The notes under the pieces were generated by a model. That model was not told where the DNA came from. It saw only the letters and a program-made list of their open reading frames with translations, and did not search any database. The translations under genes and the position numbers were made by a program. A stretch of DNA of 64,000 nt from Eledone cirrhosa (Eukaryota), in contig OZ024742.1 in the NCBI GenBank assembly GCA_964016885.1, forward strand, positions 36,952,001 to 37,016,000, in the 5' to 3' direction. Below, in pieces: positions 17,770 to 30,245 of the stretch (positions are counted from its first letter, which is position 1; every line of letters begins with the position of its first letter).

Positions 17770-17859
17770 CTTTTTTTGTTTAATATAAGGAACTGTTTCA
17801 TTGTTTTATTCATTATTTGTTTAATATTTTATATGTATATATATATATATATATGTATG

Positions 17860-20276
17860 TGGCCAAAAAGCAGGCTTGGAAAGTATGGCGGGATGGGGGA
17901 AGTAGAGAAGACTATCAAGTGGCCAGGAGGGAAGCTAGGAGACAAGTGTACTTCGCAAGAAGGGAAGCAGAGGAAAGAAAGTTCAAGCATGTTCTACAAC
18001 GTGAGGACCAAAAACGTGAGGTGTTCAGGATTGCCAGGCAATGTGTCAAGGAAAACCGTGATATTGTCGGGGAGAAGTGTGTACTTAACGATGATGGCAT
18101 ACTTGCCATCACCGACGCTGATAAGAAGGTAGCTTGGAAGTGTCACTACGAAAGGCTTCTAAATGAGGAGAACAAATGGGAGAAAGACAGTCTCCCCCAG
18201 ATCGATCCAATAGAGGGACCAGCAGTGTTAGTTGAAGGTAGTATAATAAGTAAGGCAATCAAAGATATGAAGACGGGTAAGGCGGGTGGGCCTTCGGAAA
18301 TAGTTGCTGAGATGCTGAAGGCATCTGGTTCGGTGGGACACACCATGGTCACCCGGATAGTTAACCAAGTCGTACAGAATGGGGTTGTTCCGAAGGAATG
18401 GCGTAGCAGCATCATCGTTAACTGCTATAAGGGAAAAGGAGATGCCCTAGATAGGAGTAACTATAGAGGTATTAAATTAATCGACCAGGTCATGAAGGTC
18501 ACGGAAAAAGTAATAGCGCAACTAATCAGAGAGCGAATTGATCTAGATGAAATGCAGTTCGGGTTTGTGTCAGGAAAAAGTACCACAGACGCTCTTTTCA
18601 TTGTACGACAACTACAGGAGAAGTACCTAGCTAAAAGTAAACCCCTATACTTAGCTTTCGTCGACTTGGAGAAAGCCTTCGACAGAGTCCCCCGTTCCAT
18701 TATCTGGTGGTCTCTTAGAAAACTAGGTGTTGACGAATGGCTTGTGAGAGCTATACAAGCCATGTATAAAGAAACAGTCAGTAAGGTTAGAATTAACAAC
18801 GAATATAGTGAAGAGTTTAGCGTAAAAGTTGGTGTCCATCAGGGCTCTGTTCTTAGCCCCCTACTATTTATTATTGCCCTTCAGGCTATAACAGAGGAGT
18901 TCAAGACCGGCTGCCCATGGGAACTCCTATACGCAGATGATCTAACACTCATAGCTGAATCAATGACCGAACTAGAGAAGAAATTCCAAACGTGGAAGCA
19001 CGGCCTAGAATCAAAAGGCCTTAAAATTAACCTGGCTAAGACTAAAGTTCTAGTTTGTAGGAAAGAAAATAAGGCGGCGGTCCCATCGGGGAAATGGCCA
19101 TGCTCAGTGTGTAGGAAAGGCGTAGGTAGAAACTCCATTTTATGTCCCAAATGCAAAGTATGGGTGCATAAAAGATGTAGTGGGATCACAGGTAAGCTAA
19201 CTAAGAACATAGATTTTACATGTGGCCGGTGCTCTGGTGCAATAAGTAGCAGCAAGTGCTCACAAAATACCAGCTCTTTCAACTGCGCAGAGGGTTCTAT
19301 AGAAATAGTGGACAGCTTCCGTTACCTGGGTGACAAAATCAGCAGTGGGGGAGGGTGCTCTGAAAGTACAGTAGCTAGAGTCAGAACTGGGTGGAAAAAG
19401 TTCAGAGAGCTTATACCACTATTAGCCGCTAAAGGGTTCTCCCTAAAAATGAAAGGCAGGTTGTACGATGCCTGCATACGAACAGCAATGTTGCATGGCA
19501 GTGAGACCTGGGCATTGTGTGCAGAGGATATACGCAGACTAGAGAGAAACGAAGCTTGCATGCTCCGCTGGATGTGTAATAGTAATATACGTGAACGACA
19601 AAGCATAAACGAACTAAGGAAAAAATTAGAAATAAGAGGGATCAGATGTTGTTTACTCGAGAGAAGGCTACGTTGGTATGGTCACGTGATGCGCATGAAG
19701 GACGATAGCTGTATAACAAAGTGCAGGGCAATAAAGATAGACAGTAGCCACGGAATAGGCAGACCCAGAAAACTCCGACCTCACACACTTACACCTCACC
19801 AAGACAATGTCACTGGACCGAGACCTTTGGCGGTACTCAGTAATAGAGAAGACCCGCCTTACCTAAATACAAAGTAAAACCTACTACAGTCAGTAGGCAT
19901 CTCTAACAAAATACACCCCCCGTCCCACTACCCCCACCGCATCCACACCGCCCCCCCCCCCCCCCCCCTTCTATGTAAAGTTATGTTGGTGCCACACCAT
20001 CCAGGCCGAAACAAATGAGATCGTGTAGGTGTCAACTCGACAAAAAAACACACAGTCCACGCTGTAATGTGGCCGTGTAGGCAACACGGTAAAAACCTCC
20101 CAGACCCACACTGTAAATGTGGTTGGTGTTAGGAAGGGCATCCAACTGTAGAAAACCTGCCAGACAGTCCTATGCGAGCAAGACAATCACTCTTGCCTCA
20201 AGTGGGACTACCCCCGTCCAAACCCATGCAAGCGTGGAACACGGACGTTAAACGTTGATGATGATGATGATGATGA
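17860..20276 (+). mobile_element. 5'-truncated RTE LINE (family A) with 3' UTR and (GAT)n tail
   Basis: RT motifs including LLYADDL; a small deletion near 19771 frameshifts the C-terminus; tail gatgatgat ~20257-20276. Confidence 0.95.
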
Positions 20277-20286
20277 TATATATATA

Positions 20287-20658
20287 TAGTAATAATAATA
20301 AAATTGAAGACTAAAATCCAAAGAGGGCTCGATAAGGAAAATATATATCAAATATATAAGAACCGTAGAGCAAATATTTATTGAAATAACAGATTAAAGT
20401 TTAAGCAAAGAATCGCTGCTTTCACCCTTAACGGGATCTTCTGAAACTAACAAAGTCAATCTGTAAACGCAGAACTGGATATTTCAAAAAACGTTGCAAC
20501 CAGAGGAAGACAGGAAGACGATACTTTGGTTCGTGGTAACGTTCGCTGGCAAAGAACGGGAAAAAACGAATATAATACGTCATTAATAGGAGCGGTGAAA
20601 AACAATTACGCGCAAAGACAAAGCCACGTTTATGGTATAAAAGAGGTCGTAGACTAAT
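20287..20658 (-). mobile_element. Family H2 HHR-bearing repeat copy (HHR-like motif 20390-20463)
   Basis: Matches 3281-3560 and shares its terminus agtaataataataaa with 32636; in (TA)n. Confidence 0.7.
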
Positions 20659-20659
20659 G

Positions 20660-20762
<103 letters not shown>

Positions 20763-20785
20763 GTATATATGTATATATATATATG

Positions 20786-20838
<53 letters not shown>

Positions 20839-20939
20839 GTATATATGTATATATATATATGTATATATATATATATGTATATATATGTATATATATATAT
20901 GTATATATATATATGTATATATATATATGTATATATATG

Positions 20940-20976
<37 letters not shown>

Positions 20977-21605
20977 GTATAAATTGAAACAAAATGAAAA
21001 CGAAATTTCATTTCTCACTCTTAGTATGGCACTTACTTAAATGTAAGTATGCATGTATACGTACATACATATATGTATACAGACGTACAGTAGCATGCAC
21101 ATATACATATATATATATATATATATACACATATATATACATATGCATACAGGTACACATACATATATGCACGTATCAGTTTAGCGGCGCTAACGTCGCT
21201 TTGTTCGCTTGTAAACAAACTGAACAGCCTGAATTTATGCCATACGGTGTTAAGGCAACCACGTCACCTTTTTGTTCAACACTGACATGATACGTGCATA
21301 TATGTATGTGTACCTGTATGCATATGTATATATATGTGTATATATATATATATATATATGTATATGTGCATGCTACTGTACGTCTGTATACATATATGTA
21401 TGTACGTATACATGCATACTTACATTTAAGTAAGTGCCATACTAAGAGTGAGAAATGAAATTTCGTTTTCATTTTGTTTCAATTTATCGTTTTCGGTATG
21501 CCTAACCGATTTAACTCACTCAATATGCAAATTAGGCTGCTCAGCCGTTAATTTTCATAAGGAAAGTATATACTTTCGAACGTTCAACTATCTGGCAGAT
21601 GGGTA

Positions 21606-21650
21606 AACGGTGCTGATGATAGCTAACAAGCTTGAAACTAGTACATCGTT
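21606..21650 (+). ncRNA. Minimal type I hammerhead ribozyme, copy 1 (predicted cleavage after 21643)
   Basis: aacggtg CTGATGA t-agct-aaca-agct-t GAAA CTAG TA catcgtt; stem I aacggtg/catcgtt, palindromic ACTAGT stem III, GUA triplet. Confidence 0.88.
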
Positions 21651-22081
21651 CCTGTGTCAGTGTTGAACAAAAAGGTGACGTGGTTGCCTTAACACCGTAT
21701 GGCATAAATTCAGGCTGTTCAGTTTGTTTACAAGCGAACAAAGCGACGTTAGCGCCGCTAAACTGATACGTGCATATATGTATGTGTACCTGTATGCATA
21801 TGTATATATATGTGTATATATATATATATATATATGTATATGTGCATGCTACTGTACGTCTGTATACATATATGTATGTACGTATACATGCATACTTACA
21901 TTTAAGTAAGTGCCATACTAAGAGTGAGAAATGAAATTTCGTTTTCATTTTGTTTCAATTTATCGTTTTCGGTATGCCTAACCGATTTAACTCACTCAAT
22001 ATGCAAATTAGGCTGCTCAGCCGTTAATTTTCATAAGGAAAGTATATACTTTCGAACGTTCAACTATCTGGCAGATGGGTA

Positions 22082-22126
22082 AACGGTGCTGATGATAGCT
22101 AACAAGCTTGAAACTAGTACATCGTT
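22082..22126 (+). ncRNA. Minimal type I hammerhead ribozyme, copy 2
   Basis: Identical to 21606-21650. Confidence 0.88.
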
Positions 22127-22557
22127 CCTGTGTCAGTGTTGAACAAAAAGGTGACGTGGTTGCCTTAACACCGTATGGCATAAATTCAGGCTGTTCAGTT
22201 TGTTTACAAGCGAACAAAGCGACGTTAGCGCCGCTAAACTGATACGTGCATATATGTATGTGTACCTGTATGCATATGTATATATATGTGTATATATATA
22301 TATATATATATGTATATGTGCATGCTACTGTACGTCTGTATACATATATGTATGTACGTATACATGCATACTTACATTTAAGTAAGTGCCATACTAAGAG
22401 TGAGAAATGAAATTTCGTTTTCATTTTGTTTCAATTTATCGTTTTCGGTATGCCTAACCGATTTAACTCACTCAATATGCAAATTAGGCTGCTCAGCCGT
22501 TAATTTTCATAAGGAAAGTATATACTTTCGAACGTTCAACTATCTGGCAGATGGGTA

Positions 22558-22602
22558 AACGGTGCTGATGATAGCTAACAAGCTTGAAACTAGTACATCG
22601 TT
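22558..22602 (+). ncRNA. Minimal type I hammerhead ribozyme, copy 3
   Basis: Identical to 21606-21650. Confidence 0.88.
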
Positions 22603-22866
22603 CCTGTGTCAGTGTTGAACAAAAAGGTGACGTGGTTGCCTTAACACCGTATGGCATAAATTCAGGCTGTTCAGTTTGTTTACAAGCGAACAAAGCGACG
22701 TTAGCGCCGCTAAACTGATACGTGCATATATGTATGTGTACCTGTATGCATATGTATATATATGTGTATATATATATATATATATATGTATATGTGCATG
22801 CTACTGTACGTCTGTATACATATATGTATGTACGTATACATGCATACTTATATATGTATATATATG

Positions 22867-22901
<35 letters not shown>

Positions 22902-22974
22902 GTATATATATATATGTATATATGTATATATATATATGTATATATATATATAACACAAACTTATATATATATGT

Positions 22975-25768
22975 AACACAAACTTTAAAAAACCCAACAA
23001 CCACCTGATCACCTATAGATCAGGGGAGCACTCTAGTCAGTTAGATTTTATCCTCATCAGAGGACGTGACAGATGGACGGTCGTAAACACAAAAGCCTTC
23101 CCTAGTGAGGAATGTACATCCCAACATAGCTTAGTTGTCAGCGACCTCACGGTCAGAACTAGACGAGCCCTGAAACAGAGGCCAACCTGGAGAAGAAAGA
23201 TCTGGAAGCTGAAAGTCCCCTCAACCAGTAACAGATTTAAAGATATTTTACTCAACGCCTACGACAGTAAAGAAGAACAGATAGAGACATTTAACGTAGA
23301 AGAGAACTGGGAGTTCCTAAAAAATAACTTACTAGAGGCGACGGATGAGGTTTGTGGCTGGAGTAAGACCTCAAGCAGGAGGAGAGTGACTTGGTGGTGG
23401 AACAATAAGGTAGATGAAGCAGTCAAGGCCAAGAGACAGGCATGGAAAGAATGGAAGAACGGGGGGAGCAGGGTACATTACATAGAGACCAAGAGGGAAG
23501 CTAGGCGACAAGTATACTTAGCTAGGAGGGAAGCAGAGGATAGAAAATTCAAGCATGTTTTACAACGTGAGGACCAGAAACAGGAGGTATTCAAGATTGC
23601 GAGGCAGTGTGTCAGAGATAGTTGTGATGTCATTGGAGAGAAGTGTATCCGGAATGATAAAGGTGAGCTTGCCCTCACAAGTGCTGAGAAGAAAGATGCA
23701 TGGAAGAGTCATTATGATAGATTACTAAATGAGGAGAATGCATGGGAAGAAGAGACCCTACCCCACGTAGACCCTATAGAGGGACCAGCAGTACAAGTCA
23801 GCGGCAGCGTAGTAAGTAAGGCAATCAGAGATATGAAGATAGGGAAGGCAACCGGTCCATCGGGTATAGCTGCCGAGATGCTGAAGGCATCTGGGTCTGT
23901 AGGTCACACTATAACCACACGTATCGTTAACCAGGTAATACTAGAGGGGGCCATACCAAAAGATTGGTGCAGTAGCATCATTGTCAACTGCTACAAAGGT
24001 AAAGGCGATGCACTAGATAGAGGAAACTATAGAGGTATAAAGTTGATGGACCAGGTCATGAAAGTAACAGAAAGAGTTATAGCACAGCTGATTAGGGACC
24101 GGGTGAATATAGACGAGATGCAATTTGGGTTTGTACCAGGGAAAGGCACCACTGATGCCCTCTTCCTTGTGAGGCAATTACAGGAAAAGTACCTAGCTAA
24201 AAGTAAGCCACTCTACTTGGCATTTGTCGACCTTGAGAAAGCCTTTGACAGAGTTCCACGTGCAGTAATCTGGTGGGCTCTTAGAAAACTAGGAGTAGAT
24301 GAATGGCTTGTGAAAGCGGTACAAGCCATGTATAGGGGAGCAGTCAGCAAAGTTAGGATTGGCAATGAGTATAGCGAGGAATTTAGCGTACAGGTTGGGG
24401 TCCACCAGGGCTCTGTTCTTAGCCCTCTCCTGTTCATCATAGTCCTGCAGGCAATAACGGAGGAGTTTAAGACCGGATGCCCATGGGAACTCCTGTATGC
24501 TGATGACCTCGCACTCATAGCTGAATCTATGGTAGAACTAGAGAATAAATTCCAAACCTGGAAGCAGGGACTAGAGAGAAAGGGCCTCAAAGTCAACATG
24601 ACAAAGACTAAGGTCCTTATAAGTAGACGAGAAAACAGAACCCAGATCCCCTCAGGGAAATGGCCTTGCTCAGTATGTAGGAAAGGTGTAGGTAGGAACT
24701 CCATTCTTTGCCCCAAATGCAAACAATGGGTACACAAGAGATGTAGCGGGATCTCAGGAAGCTTAATTAAGAATGTAGGATTCACATGCAGCAGCTGTGC
24801 TGAAACAGCAAGCAAACAGCCACAGGAAACAAGTACCACCAATCTCTGGGAGGGCCCTGTAGAAACAGTAGACAGCTTCTGCTACCTAGGTGACCGAATT
24901 AGCAACGGAGGTGGGTGCTCAGAAAGTACAATAACTAGGGTAAGAACGGGATGGAAGAAGTTTAGGGAACTACTACCACTGCTAGCTGCAAAAGGCTTCT
25001 CCCTCAGAATGAAAGGCAGACTGTATGATGCGTGTATCCGAACAGCGATGTTGCATGGTAGTGAGACCTGGGCGCTGAAGGTGGAAGACTTACGTAGATT
25101 AGAGAGAAACGAAGCCTGCATGCTCCGATGGATGTGTAACAGTAATATACGTGAACGACAAAGCATAAAGGAATTGAGAGAGAGACTGAGCATAAGAGGA
25201 ATCAAATGCTGCGTGCAGGAGAGGCGGTTACGCTGGTATGGACATGTGATGCGTATGAAGGATGACAGCTGCATAAAAAGGTGCAGAGCACTAGAAGTTG
25301 ATGGAAACCGCGGAGTGGGGAGACCCAAGATGACTTGGGATGAGGTGATAAAAGCCGACCTTACCCAACTACACCTCTCAAAGTCAATGACACACGACCG
25401 TGACTTCTGGCGTCACGCAGTAATACAGGGTACCCGACCTCCTATGGGTACATGCTGAAGCATATAAACAATATGCCCCCCCCCCCCCCCCCCACCGCAA
25501 GGTGGCCGTGGAGGTGCCACGGCAAAAAAAGCACCCAGCCCACACTGTAAAGTGGACGTGTAGGCGCCACGAAAAAGCACCCAGCACTCACTGTAAATGA
25601 GGTTGGTGTTAGGAAGGGCATCCAGCTGTAGAAATCAAGCCAGATCAGTTCCTGTATGAGCAAGGCATGGTCAGCCGACCAGACACTGCCCACAACAGGA
25701 CAACCCGTCTAACCCATGCTAGCGTGGAAGAACGGACGTAAAACGGTGATGATGATGATGATGATGAT
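22975..25768 (+). mobile_element. 5'-truncated RTE LINE (family B) with uninterrupted frame 22975-25458, 3' UTR and (GAT)n tail
   Basis: Frame opens at [25 protein letters not shown] (APE C-terminus) and continues through ORF 23386-25458 with YADD. Confidence 0.95.
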
Positions 25769-26471
<703 letters not shown>

Positions 26472-28670
26472 TATAATGAACAAGAGCGGGCTGAGGACCG
26501 AACCCTGATGTACTCCTACTTGTATCTGGAATTCCTCACTAAACTCCATTCCTACCCTGACTTTACTGAGAGTACCTCTGTACAAAGTTTGCACTGTCCT
26601 CACAAGCCATTCCTCAACACCCAGCTTCCTTAGGGACCACCAGATGACAGATCGGGGTACCCTATCAAAGGCCTTCTCTAGGTCAACAAAGGCTAAGTAT
26701 AGTGGCTTATTCTTCTCTAAGAACCTCTCTTGCATTTGTCTCACCAAGAAGAGGGCATCTGTTGTACTCTTCCCAGGCACAAAACCAAACTGCATCTCTT
26801 CTAGTTTGACCCTTTCTCTAATTAGTTGTGCTAAAATCCTTTCTGCCACTTTCATAACCTGATCTATCAGTTTTATATCCCTATAATTGCTCCTCTCCAA
26901 AGCATCCCCTTTACCTTTGTAGCAATTTATGAGAATACTGCTGCACCAGTCTTTGGGTATGACACCACCATATATAGCCTGATTGATGATGCGTGCAACC
27001 AGTTTAGTGCCTACGTCCCCTGATGCCTTCAGCATCTCAGCAACTATTCCCGATGGTCCGGCCGCCTTACCATTTTTCATTTCCCTAATCGCCTCTTGGA
27101 CCCTATATTCGTCAATCTCAATAGCTGGTCCCTCTGTCGGATCTACCAAGGGTAATTTCTCTCTCTCCCATTCGTTCTCCACATTCATCAGTCTCTCATA
27201 ATGACATTTCCAGGCCTCCTTTTTCTGGTCATTCGTGACACTAAGTACACCGGCATCATCCCGGACACATTTATCACCAACAACATCCTGATTTGCATTG
27301 ACACACTGCCTTGCAATGTGGAACACCGCACGCCTCTGATCTTCCCGTCGCAGAACATTGGCAAACCTCCTACTCTCTGCCTCCCTGCGTGCTAAGTACA
27401 CCTGACGTCTAGCTTCTCTCTTAGTGGCTGTATATTCTTCCCTACTCCCACCCTTTTTCCAAGCCTTCCATGCTAGTCTTTTGTCTCTAATAGCCTTATC
27501 TACTGTGCTGTTCCACCACCAGGTCACTCTCTGTCTGGTTGGAGCTCTGCAGCAAGTTGTCACGTAAGAACTTCCAGTTATTATCTATGTCATACGTCTC
27601 TAAATCGTCTTCTTTTTCGTCATATACATCTTGAAGGGCTTTCCTAAATTTGAATTTTAGTGAAAGGTCTTTTAGCTTCCAGACCTTTCTTCTCCACACC
27701 TTCCTATATGTCTCATTCCATCTCTTGCTTACTGAGATATCACTAACAACTAACCTATGCTGTGGGGTATATTCTTCCCCAGGGTATGCCTTGGTATTAG
27801 ACACTATCTGCCTGTCCCGCTGCCTAACTAGCAGGAAGTCAATCTGGCTTATGTGCTCACCAGATTTGTAGGTTATTAGGTGATTGGCAGGTTTCTGGAA
27901 GTCTGTGTTGCAAATAGTCAATGTACTTGCATCACAAAATTCAAGAAGTCTCACTCCTTCTTCATTTCTTGAACCGTAACCGTGCCCACCATGTACCCCA
28001 GTGTAACCATCCTGGAGCTGTCCAACATGACCATTGAAGTCTCCTGCTAGCATAACGATGTCTCCGTCCTCTGTCATTGTGGTTGTTTGCAAAAGTTGCT
28101 CATAAAAGCAGTCTTTCTCATCTTTGCCTAGGCCTGCTTGGGGAGCATAGACCGAGATGATTGTCAGTAGTCTCCTACCTACAACTAATCTAAGCTTAAT
28201 TATTCAATTACTAACTCGAACTACCTCTATTGTCTTATTGATCCATTTCTCAGCCAGGAAAATGCCTACTCCCCCTAACCCATCATCCTTACCTACCCAG
28301 AATAGCTTATAGCTAAGACGCTTGCCTACGACTAGTCTCGCAGAGGCACCTCTCCATCTCACCTCTTGCACGCAGCACACATCCACCTGCCTTCTCTCCA
28401 GCATCTCCGCTATTTCAGCAGATCTACCTCTGAGAGTGCCAACATTAAGTGTTGCAACTCAGATGCGACGTCTTCATATTTTTCTATGCTGTTTTGTTGC
28501 TGTGCTGATAAGCTTTTTGGCATTGATACACTGGTTGGATGCCCTTCCTAACACCAGCGCCACTTTACAGCATGGACTGGGTGCTTTTATTTGTGCCACC
28601 AGCACTAGAGAGGATGTCTTACTAGACTCAAGGGCCCTCTCTACCCCTCCATTTTACAGCATGGTCATTA
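26472..28670 (-). mobile_element. RTE LINE (family C): 5' leader, APE and N-terminal RT; 3' part lost
   Basis: [55 protein letters not shown] then microsatellite; frameshifts present. Confidence 0.9.
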
Positions 28671-28904
28671 AAAAAAAAAAAAAAAAAAAACTTATTGACA
28701 CGACTCACACACCAATACTCATGCATACAGACCACAACCACACATACCAACACTCATTCATGCATACAATCACACACACCACTCACAAACATATATATAT
28801 ATACATATATTACCGACAGTACTGATACAAAATCAAAATCAAAATCAAAATCGTCAAAATCACTATCATGTCAACTGTTGACCTTTCCCAGTCCAGTTCG
28901 GCTT

Positions 28905-29245
28905 GTATATAATAACAATAACAATAATAATTGTTTGCTTTACGCTGGTAATGGCGGTGGTGGATGGTGTCAGCGTGGTGGTGGTGGATGGTATCAGCGT
29001 GGTGGTGGTGGATGGTCAGTGATGGTGGTGGCAGTTGTTGGTGCTGTAGTTGTTATTGTAGTTGTTGTCGTTGTTGCTGTTGTTGTTGTCCTTCATTTCA
29101 CTGCTGCTGTTGCTGCAGACAATGGTGTTGATGCTGTTATTGCTGTCGCATATATACAAATACATACACACACACACATTCAACACAGACGATGGTGTTG
29201 TTGCTGTTGTTGTTGGTGTTGCTGCTGTTGTAGTTGTTGCTGTGT
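28905..29245. repeat. Degenerate trinucleotide repeats (AAC/GGT/GTT/GCT)
   Basis: Direct inspection. Confidence 0.8.
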
Positions 29246-29568
29246 TGAAATCTGGTCGCATCCACTGAGATATACATATACACACACATACACATATGTA
29301 TATACACATACATACATCAAAAGAGAGTCAGCAGTATGTCAACAGGGGACAGGACAGCGACCTTAGAGTAATGTGGTGATGGTGGGGAGCGAGTGTAGGC
29401 GTTATTGTTATTGTGGTGACGGGGGGTCAGTGAGATGTTACAAGTTCATAGATCACTTCTCTCTTTTCCTCTCTCTTCAAAATTTTGAATTTATGGCCTT
29501 TTGCAATGGCGGACAAGTATATATAATATGTATATATGAAGCAAAGAAAAGAAAATTTTCACTGATAT

Positions 29569-29886
29569 GAAAGATTTCCTGGTAGAAGTTCAGGTGTATT
29601 CAGTCATTGGTATCCAGTTTCGGGGTATCCAATTAGAAAATCCAACGAATCTTTAAGAGGGGTCCACGCAAGCATTGATATATATATATATATATGTATA
29701 TATATAAAATGCAAGCAGAAATAACAACGAAAGATTTCCTGGTAGAGGTTCAGGTGTATTCAGTGTTGGTATCCAGTGTCGGGGTATCCAATTAGAAAAT
29801 CCAACGAATTTTTGAGAGGGGTCCACGCAAGCATATATATAGATATATATATGTATATATGCAAAATGCAAGCAGAAATAACAACA
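29569..29886. repeat. Two-copy ~160-bp tandem duplication
   Basis: aaagatttcctggtaga...gggtccacgcaagca...aaaatgcaagcagaaataacaac at ~29570 and ~29731. Confidence 0.8.
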
Positions 29887-30147
29887 CATATACTAATGAA
29901 CATACATTAAACACAGAGGGACTGTAAATGATAATAGCAATATCTAGATATAAATATATAAATGTACATATTTCTATTGGTCTCATAAATTTTAAATTTT
30001 CTCTTTCCTCTTGTGTGTGTGTGTAGCAACACGTGGTTGTGTGTTGCTGCTGACTCTAGCAGAGCCCAAGAAAATACGTCTTACCCTAACAGCCGCTGCT
30101 CCCTATATCTCCCTATATATATATGTATATTACATATATATATATAT

Positions 30148-30209
30148 TACATTGAGTTCTTCATACGGATTGGACACTACCGTAAACTTTTGATAGATTT
30201 ATCTACATA
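30148..30209 (+). mobile_element. 62-bp 3'-terminal fragment of the same Penelope-like element
   Basis: tacattgagttcttcatacggattggacactaccgtaaac...agatttatctacata matches 11394-11455 with 2 differences; embedded in (TA)n. Confidence 0.88.
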
Positions 30210-30245
30210 TATATGTATGTATATATATATGTATATATATATATA

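Larger units (their letters stand above)
11252..17832 (+). mobile_element. Near full-length Penelope-like retroelement (probably Naiad-type)
   Basis: RT + GIY-YIG ORF, terminal direct repeat (11252-11318 = 17766-17832), HHR at 17615-17769. Confidence 0.9.
20979..22850. mobile_element. Retrozyme-like array: 3.3 tandem 476-bp units (21288-22850, +) preceded by an inverted partial unit (20979-21287)
   Basis: Exact 476-bp period (ORF track repeats at 21541/22017/22493); one HHR per unit; no credible ORF; (TA)n on both flanks. Confidence 0.85.

Noticed and set aside
21288-22850. CRISPR array or protein-coding repeat (135-aa ORFs)
   Set aside because: Units are identical with no spacers; ORFs cross microsatellite and lack motifs
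28695-29366. Gly/Val/Cys-rich 223-aa ORF
   Set aside because: Made of trinucleotide and dinucleotide repeats with no domain or splice support
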